Assembly (NCBI GenBank): GCA_964615795.1
Contig: CAZTQR010000005.1
Span: 12,025 to 76,024, forward strand
DNA from: an uncultured Ignavibacteriaceae bacterium
GTDB taxonomy: Bacteria > Bacteroidota > Ignavibacteria > Tepidaquicellales > Tepidaquicellaceae
DNA: 64,000 nucleotides
Direction of reading: 5' to 3'
Shown: positions 58,564 to 64,000 of the stretch, piece after piece
Position numbering within the stretch: the first letter of the stretch is position 1
Layout: each line of letters begins with the position of its first letter
The notes under the pieces: model-generated
What the model was told of the DNA's origin: nothing
The model's input: only the letters and a program-made list of their open reading frames with translations
The model's database searches: none
Position numbers and translations under genes: made by a program

Positions 58564-60090
58564 GTGATCGGCATTCTTAAAAAAACGCCCGTTGTAGTTT
58601 ACGTCATAGCGCTTGCCGGATTTGCAGTGCAGATGTGGGCGGGGCTTAATTATGGCATGTTCAGGGACGAGTTCTACTACATCGAATGCGCCCTGCACCT
58701 TGACTGGGGCTATGTTGATCATCCTCCGTTCTCCATACTCAAGCTTTGGGCATGGATTTCCATGTTCGGTGATTCACATGAAAGCATAAGGATCATCCCC
58801 TCGATCTTGTTTTCACTTATCATCCTCCTTTCATCAATCATTACACAATCCATGAAAGGAAGTCCTTTCGCTCAGGTCATCACGGCGCTCGCGGTATTCT
58901 CCTGTCCGCAGTATCTCGGACTTACCGGATTCTACTCAATGAACGCCTTTGATCTTTTCTTCTGGGCATTGCTGTTCCTCATCCTTGTATTCATCATCAA
59001 CACCGAGAACCGAAAACTGTGGCTGATCTTCGGACTTATTTTTGGATTTGCACTTATGAACAAGTTCACAATCGTTGTGCTGGCAATCTCAGTCAGCGCC
59101 GGAGTTTACTTCACTCATTTCCGGAAAATTACCAAGGACTTCTATTATAATATTTCAACTCTTGTTGCAATTTTGATCTTCCTGCCTTTCATTATCTGGA
59201 ACTACGCAAATGGCTTTCCGACAATTGAGTTCATGCGCAATGCATCACTCTACAAGAATACGAGCATGGGTTTGGGTGAATTCTTTCTGTCACAGATCAT
59301 GAGCATGGGTCCCGTGATCTCTCTTATTTGGCTCGGAGGATTGGGATACATCTTGCTTTCTTCAAGAATGGGCAGGTACAGGTTTTTCGGTTACATATAT
59401 ATTATTACGTTCTTCACACTCTCAGTTGTCAACAGCAAGCCTTACTACATGGCAGGTGCATACTTTCCGCTCATATCTGTAGGTGCAATTGCCGTGACTT
59501 CATTCTCAGCTCAGCGGCTGAACAGAAATCTGGGTTATACTTCGGTTGCACTTTTGCTTGCAAGCTTTGTTGTACTTTCACCAATGGCAATCCCTGTGTT
59601 GCCGCCTGAGCGGTTCATTGAATACTCATCCGCTCTCGGATTCAGGCCTCAGGAATCTGAAAAGCATGAACAGGGCGAACTTCCTCAGCACTTTGCTGAC
59701 AGATTCGGCTGGAAAGAACTTACAGAAGCAGTCGCGTCAGCTTATTACTCCCTGCCTGAAGACGAAAGAAAGTTCACAGCGATCTACGGGCAAAACTACG
59801 GCGAGGCGGGAGCAGTGACATACTTCGGAAAAAGCAAAGGCCTGCCTCCTGCGATCAGCGGGCATAACAGCTATTGGCTTTGGGGACCAGGCAATAATGA
59901 CATAAGGTCCTTGATCATTATCGGCGGAGAAAGGAAAGATCATCTTGAAGCTTTTGAAGAAGTTGAAGAGCATGGCAGGGTTTCAAGCAGGTTCAGCATG
60001 CCTTACGAAAGTGATCTTCCGGTTTACATAGCCCGCAAGCCGAAACTTGGGCTTAAGGAGTTATGGAATGAAACTAAGCATTACAACTGA
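58564..60090 (+). CDS. Glycosyltransferase family 39-like (ArnT/PMT_2) membrane protein
   Basis: 508 aa. The GTG start follows directly after the VOC stop. The first-loop motif is FRDEFYYIECALHLDWGYVDHPP. It has about 11 TM segments and a soluble C-terminal domain. Confidence 0.8.
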   Translation: MIGILKKTPVVVYVIALAGFAVQMWAGLNYGMFRDEFYYIECALHLDWGYVDHPPFSILKLWAWISMFGDSHESIRIIPSILFSLIILLSSIITQSMKGSPFAQVITALAVFSCPQYLGLTGFYSMNAFDLFFWALLFLILVFIINTENRKLWLIFGLIFGFALMNKFTIVVLAISVSAGVYFTHFRKITKDFYYNISTLVAILIFLPFIIWNYANGFPTIEFMRNASLYKNTSMGLGEFFLSQIMSMGPVISLIWLGGLGYILLSSRMGRYRFFGYIYIITFFTLSVVNSKPYYMAGAYFPLISVGAIAVTSFSAQRLNRNLGYTSVALLLASFVVLSPMAIPVLPPERFIEYSSALGFRPQESEKHEQGELPQHFADRFGWKELTEAVASAYYSLPEDERKFTAIYGQNYGEAGAVTYFGKSKGLPPAISGHNSYWLWGPGNNDIRSLIIIGGERKDHLEAFEEVEEHGRVSSRFSMPYESDLPVYIARKPKLGLKELWNETKHYN

Positions 60091-60098
60091 TTGTACGG

Positions 60099-60779
60099 CT
60101 ACATCGGAACCACTCTTTTATCAGTCCCGTCATTGACGATTGCAAAGATCCCGTCTCCCCTTTCGGGCCTTATTATGTGATTTCCTGTGAATTCGCCGAA
60201 GGCGGGTAGTGTAAGGGTCTTCTTTCTGAGATGAAAACACTGAAGAACGGCAGACTGCCGGGCTTTCCCGAACACTCTTACGGCCGGATGAACGTGGCCG
60301 TGGATTGAGATCTCTGAATCTTCATAAGCATCACCCGGAATGTGGGAAAGGCGAAAACCTCTCATCCTGTATTCTGCATGCGCTTCGAGCCCTAGCTCAT
60401 TCAAAGCTCCGTCTGAGATCCTGTCGTGATTGCCTCTCACTAAGTTGAATGCAATTGTGCTGAATGACTTTCTCCAGACTGCAAACAGCTCCGCATCTCT
60501 TTCATGCCCTATGTGAAACAGGTCTCCGAGTATTATGACCCTCACCGGGCACATTGTATTTATCAGCTTACCAAGTTTCAGAAGATCAGCCGAATAAAGC
60601 GATGAAGGAACTGCAATACCTTCCCGCCTGAAGTGCGACGATTTGCCGAGGTGTATGTCGGAAAGAAGAAGCTCCGATGTTTCCGGCAGAAAGACTGCTT
60701 TGTCCGGAAGAAGCAACGCTTCTTCACCTGCAAGCCTGATGTGGACTGAGCCTTCGAAGTTCACTTCAGTTGTCTTCAT
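60099..60779 (-). CDS. pdeM: Ligase-associated DNA damage response endonuclease PdeM (metallophosphoesterase)
   Basis: 226 aa. Motifs LLSDIHLGKSSHFRREGIAVP, ILGDLFH, RGNHD and GHVHP. It has a 14-nt overlap with the upstream helicase. Confidence 0.85.
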   Translation of the reverse strand: MKTTEVNFEGSVHIRLAGEEALLLPDKAVFLPETSELLLSDIHLGKSSHFRREGIAVPSSLYSADLLKLGKLINTMCPVRVIILGDLFHIGHERDAELFAVWRKSFSTIAFNLVRGNHDRISDGALNELGLEAHAEYRMRGFRLSHIPGDAYEDSEISIHGHVHPAVRVFGKARQSAVLQCFHLRKKTLTLPAFGEFTGNHIIRPERGDGIFAIVNDGTDKRVVPM

Positions 60780-63225
60780 ATTCGATCTGCATCTTTCTTA
60801 CTCTGTCTTCAAGTTTCTCGGTAGTCAGCTTTTCTCTTCCAAGCCGGTCAACGAGGATCGGGAAGGAGAAAGGAGATGGCCTTTCGGGATAAGTAATAAT
60901 AAGCTTCTGCTTCTGCATCCTTTGCAATGCGCTCATCATCCTGTAATACTCAAGCTGCTGCTGAAGCATTTCGTCATAGGCCTGCTTCAGCAGGAGGTTC
61001 TCCGGCTCGTATTTGCTGAATACTTCGAAGAGAAGTTCAGACGATGCCTGAAGGCTCTTGCCTGTTTTGTACTTTCCGGGATAGCCCTGAAAGATCAGCC
61101 CTGAGATCCTTGCAATCTGCCTGAACCTTCTCTTTGCAAGCTCTGTGCTGTTCATGCTCTGAAGAATGTCCTGCTCAAGATTATCAGTACTCAGCAAGCC
61201 GTTCTCAAGGGCCTGACGCAGTGGAATTTCCGAATCGCTGAGCAGTTCAAACCCGTAGTCGTTCATAGCAAATGAAAATGTCATAGGTTTAAGCCGCGAG
61301 ATCCTGCAACCGAACAGCGCCGCCAGTCCTTCGTGCGCAAGCCTTCCCTCAAAGGGATACACGAACATGTGATGACCTTCATCTGATTCGAACATCTCGA
61401 TCAGCAGTTCGTTCTTTCCGGGAACATGCGACAGTTCCGACTGCAATCTCACCAGCGGCTGAATGGCTGTGAGCTCCGGGCCTCCGGCTGTCGGCAAGAG
61501 GCATTCACCTAGTTTCAACCTCAGCAGTTCCGAAAGCTGGGAAGACAGCGGCATTCGCCCTCCCATCCAGCTCGGCACCCGGCTGCTTCGCCTTTTGGAC
61601 CGCTTTACGTAGGCAACCGACTCTCGGACTCTAAGAAGCTCAAGGTTTCTGCCGGCAAATGAAAAAACGTCGCCGGTTCTCATTGCGGCAATGAATTCCT
61701 CTTCCACAGTTCCAAGCGTACCGCCGTTCATAAGTTTTACTATCATGCTCATTTCACTTACTATGGTACCGATTGACAACTTGTGGAAAAGGAGCTTTCT
61801 CCTTTCGGTGATCCTGTAACGGCCTTCAGTGAACTCTACTTTGGAATACTCGTCGTAGTTGCGCAGAACCTCGCCGCCGTGCACGATGAAGTTCATGACC
61901 CAGCCCCATTCTTCATCAGTCAGGTCGCCGTAAGAAAAAGTATTCCTGATCTCGCTCAGAGCTTTCCCCGGCTCAAGTCCGTCTCCGGCCGCAAGTGTGA
62001 GAAGATACTGTATGAGAACGTCAATCGGCTTTAGCACGGGCTGACGGCTTTCAAGAAGCTCCGAGCCGACTGCGTGCTTTAGTGCCGCTCCTTCAACAAG
62101 TTCAAGCGAATGCGTAGGGACAAAAAATATTCTGCTGGTTGCATCAGGCCTGTGGCCGCTCCTTCCTGCACGCTGAAGAAACCTTGCAACACCCTTCGGG
62201 CTTCCGATCTGGATCACGGTGTCAACGGGATAGAAATCCACTCCGAGATCAAGACTTGAAGTGCAAACCACCGCTTTCAGCTTTCCTTTGTGAAGGCTTG
62301 ATTCAACCCAGTCCCGGATCCTTCTGTCAATCGAGCCATGATGAAGCGCAATGTTTCCGGCAAATTCGGGATGATGCTCAAGCAGTTTCTGATACCATAT
62401 CTCCGACTGCGATCTTGTATTCGTAAAGATCAGTGTTGAACCCGACTTGTTTATTACAGACACTACCTTCTCAAGCATCCTGATGCCGAGATATCCGGCC
62501 CACGGATATCTTTCCACTTCATCGGGTATCATTGAGCTGATCGAGATGCTCTTCTTCACTTCTGATCTGACGATCTTGCTTTTGCCTCTCTTACTGCCGA
62601 GCAGTACAAGCAGAGATTCTTTCAGATTTCCGATTGTTGCCGAGATGCCCCAAATTCTCGAGCGCGGGTTCACCGCCCTGATGCGCGAAAGTGCCAGCTC
62701 CGTCTGAACTCCGCGCTTGCTTCCGAGAAGTTCGTGCCACTCGTCAACGACAACGCATTCCAGCTGTTCAAAGAACTTCTCGTGCTCCTTTGAGGCGATC
62801 ATCAGGTGAAGGCTCTCGGGGGTTGTAATGAGCACCTGAAATTCATTCTTCTTCTGCTTTGCCTTTAATGCGGCTGATGTGTCGCCCGTTCTTGTGCTGA
62901 TCTTCCATTCGATCCCGAGCTCGGTGGCAGATTCCTTCAGTGCCCGCTCAATATCCTTTGAAAGTGCCTTGAGAGGCGTTACCCAAAGCAGTTTCAGCCC
63001 TTCGCCTCTTTTCGGCTTCAAGGTCCCTTCGCACAAATGTTTTGACAGAACTGCAAACCAAAGTGCAAAGGTCTTGCCGCTTCCGGTGGGTGCATTCAGA
63101 ATTCCGTCGTAGCCTTTCCTGTAGAGATCCCATACTTCTCTCTGAAAGAGAAACGGTTTCCAGCCCTTTGATTCAAACCATTCGTCAATGCTTCTGTCGG
63201 CCAGCGTGTAGTCTGTCTTCTTCAT
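60766..63225 (-). CDS. Ligase-associated DNA damage response DEXH-box helicase (Lhr-core-like)
   Basis: 819 aa. It has motif I NAPTGSGKT, motif II VVVDEWHEL, motif VI QRAGRSGH and a C-terminal DEAD-associated domain. Confidence 0.88.
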   Translation of the reverse strand: MKKTDYTLADRSIDEWFESKGWKPFLFQREVWDLYRKGYDGILNAPTGSGKTFALWFAVLSKHLCEGTLKPKRGEGLKLLWVTPLKALSKDIERALKESATELGIEWKISTRTGDTSAALKAKQKKNEFQVLITTPESLHLMIASKEHEKFFEQLECVVVDEWHELLGSKRGVQTELALSRIRAVNPRSRIWGISATIGNLKESLLVLLGSKRGKSKIVRSEVKKSISISSMIPDEVERYPWAGYLGIRMLEKVVSVINKSGSTLIFTNTRSQSEIWYQKLLEHHPEFAGNIALHHGSIDRRIRDWVESSLHKGKLKAVVCTSSLDLGVDFYPVDTVIQIGSPKGVARFLQRAGRSGHRPDATSRIFFVPTHSLELVEGAALKHAVGSELLESRQPVLKPIDVLIQYLLTLAAGDGLEPGKALSEIRNTFSYGDLTDEEWGWVMNFIVHGGEVLRNYDEYSKVEFTEGRYRITERRKLLFHKLSIGTIVSEMSMIVKLMNGGTLGTVEEEFIAAMRTGDVFSFAGRNLELLRVRESVAYVKRSKRRSSRVPSWMGGRMPLSSQLSELLRLKLGECLLPTAGGPELTAIQPLVRLQSELSHVPGKNELLIEMFESDEGHHMFVYPFEGRLAHEGLAALFGCRISRLKPMTFSFAMNDYGFELLSDSEIPLRQALENGLLSTDNLEQDILQSMNSTELAKRRFRQIARISGLIFQGYPGKYKTGKSLQASSELLFEVFSKYEPENLLLKQAYDEMLQQQLEYYRMMSALQRMQKQKLIITYPERPSPFSFPILVDRLGREKLTTEKLEDRVRKMQIEYEDN

Positions 63226-64000
63226 TCAGCATTAAGAAGTTCTTTCAGTGAGCTAAGTGTGCCTGCATCACGGGCTTGCTTATTCTTGTACCACTTTGAA
63301 ATTCTCGGAGACCGAAGTGCAAGTCCCGACTTTCGCCTTGCGGATTCAATCACTCCGTCAAACTCAATCTCTAATACGAGTTCGGGCTTGATTGTCCTTA
63401 CAGGACCGAATCTCTCTATCGTGTTCATCCGGATGTAACTGTCGATCTCCGTCAGTTCCGCTTTGCCCAGTCCCCTGCCTGTTCTGGCTATTGTCACCAG
63501 CTTCTCTTCGTGCCACACGGCAAACGTATATTCAGTCAGCAGTGCGGATGAGGCATCCGGCGCGGGACTTGCACATGTGAGCACTGCATCTATCCTGAAC
63601 GGCTCACGCTTCAGTTTAAACCACTTAGGATTCCTCTTTCCCGGATCATAGGTTGAATCAGCGCGCATAAGCAATATTCCGTCTGCGCCTTTCTTTGCTG
63701 AAAGACGCAGCATTCCGCTTAGTTCCTTCCACGATGCAAAGTTGATCCGGTGTGATATCGTTATCTCATCCGGGCTGAACTTCTCTGCAAATGTTTCCAG
63801 AAGTTCCCTTCGCTCAGTTAATTTCATTCTGCGCACATCTTTGCCGTTGCACTCAAGCATGTCGAAAGCTATGTAAACAGCGGGAGCTTCCTCCATAATT
63901 CGCGAAGACGGCTTCCTCAATGAAGCGCGGCGCTGAAGCGATGCAAATCCAAGCGGCATTTCATCTTTCATACATACGATCACTCCGTCAATGATCGTGC
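63222..64000 (-). CDS. ATP-dependent DNA ligase, C-terminal part (the N-terminus lies beyond the window)
   Basis: The ORF is open to the window edge. It has adenylation-domain motifs IV-V (DGILLMR, PKWFKLK) and an OB-fold with the C-terminal LRSPRISKWYKNK. It has a 4-nt overlap with the helicase start. Confidence 0.85.
   Translation of the reverse strand, partial: TIIDGVIVCMKDEMPLGFASLQRRASLRKPSSRIMEEAPAVYIAFDMLECNGKDVRRMKLTERRELLETFAEKFSPDEITISHRINFASWKELSGMLRLSAKKGADGILLMRADSTYDPGKRNPKWFKLKREPFRIDAVLTCASPAPDASSALLTEYTFAVWHEEKLVTIARTGRGLGKAELTEIDSYIRMNTIERFGPVRTIKPELVLEIEFDGVIESARRKSGLALRSPRISKWYKNKQARDAGTLSSLKELLNAE

Noticed and set aside
1-64000. CRISPR arrays, rRNA genes, transposases, integrases, toxin-antitoxin pairs and known defence-system genes.
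   Set aside because: I scanned the ORF translations and intergenic regions. I found no regularly spaced direct repeats, no DDE or tyrosine-recombinase motifs, and no small paired ORFs of TA type.

Overview
The window is 64 kb of a bacterial chromosome, about 90% coding. It is probably from the FCB group (Ignavibacteriota/Bacteroidota-like). That inference rests only on a T9SS type-A C-terminal sorting domain at 48.9 kb and on the gene content.

Four blocks are visible:
- (1) 1-8760 (+): the last two modules of an NRPS assembly line plus an Sfp-type PPTase. The architecture is ..C-A-T-E | C-A-T-TE. The TE has Cys at the nucleophile position instead of Ser.
- (2) 8830-38708 (all on the minus strand): a roughly 30-kb unidirectional array. 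Acyl-CoA carboxyltransferase, murA and accA sit at its distal end. Above them is a roughly 26-kb surface-polysaccharide locus with these parts: PGM/PMM, Wza, Wzz, Wzy-like, a MurJ-like flippase, seven GT2/GT4 genes, a methyltransferase, GH16, a complete GDP-D-glycero-alpha-D-manno-heptose pathway with its own transaldolase, a phosphoglycosyl transferase, a Dpm1-like synthase with a GT-C enzyme, and a GT2 fused to a degenerate PGT. The central part (about 24-36.8 kb) is visibly lower in GC.
- (3) 38.7-48.7 kb: housekeeping genes, namely a B12-binding domain protein, maf, proS, ppa, ruvA, ruvC, yebC, recJ, tRNA-Leu(CAG) and an isochorismatase-family hydrolase.
- (4) 48.9-64 kb: a T9SS-secreted C25 peptidase, a membrane-anchored MutS-domain ATPase, a translationally coupled small TM protein plus polytopic M48 protease pair, a GT39-like enzyme, and a ligase-associated DNA damage response operon (ligase, Lhr-like helicase, PdeM) that runs off the window.

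I saw no CRISPR array, rRNA, transposase or integrase.

The ORF track translates ATG, GTG and TTG as M (checked at 16125-16127, 53689 and 58564), so several starts are probably over-extended.
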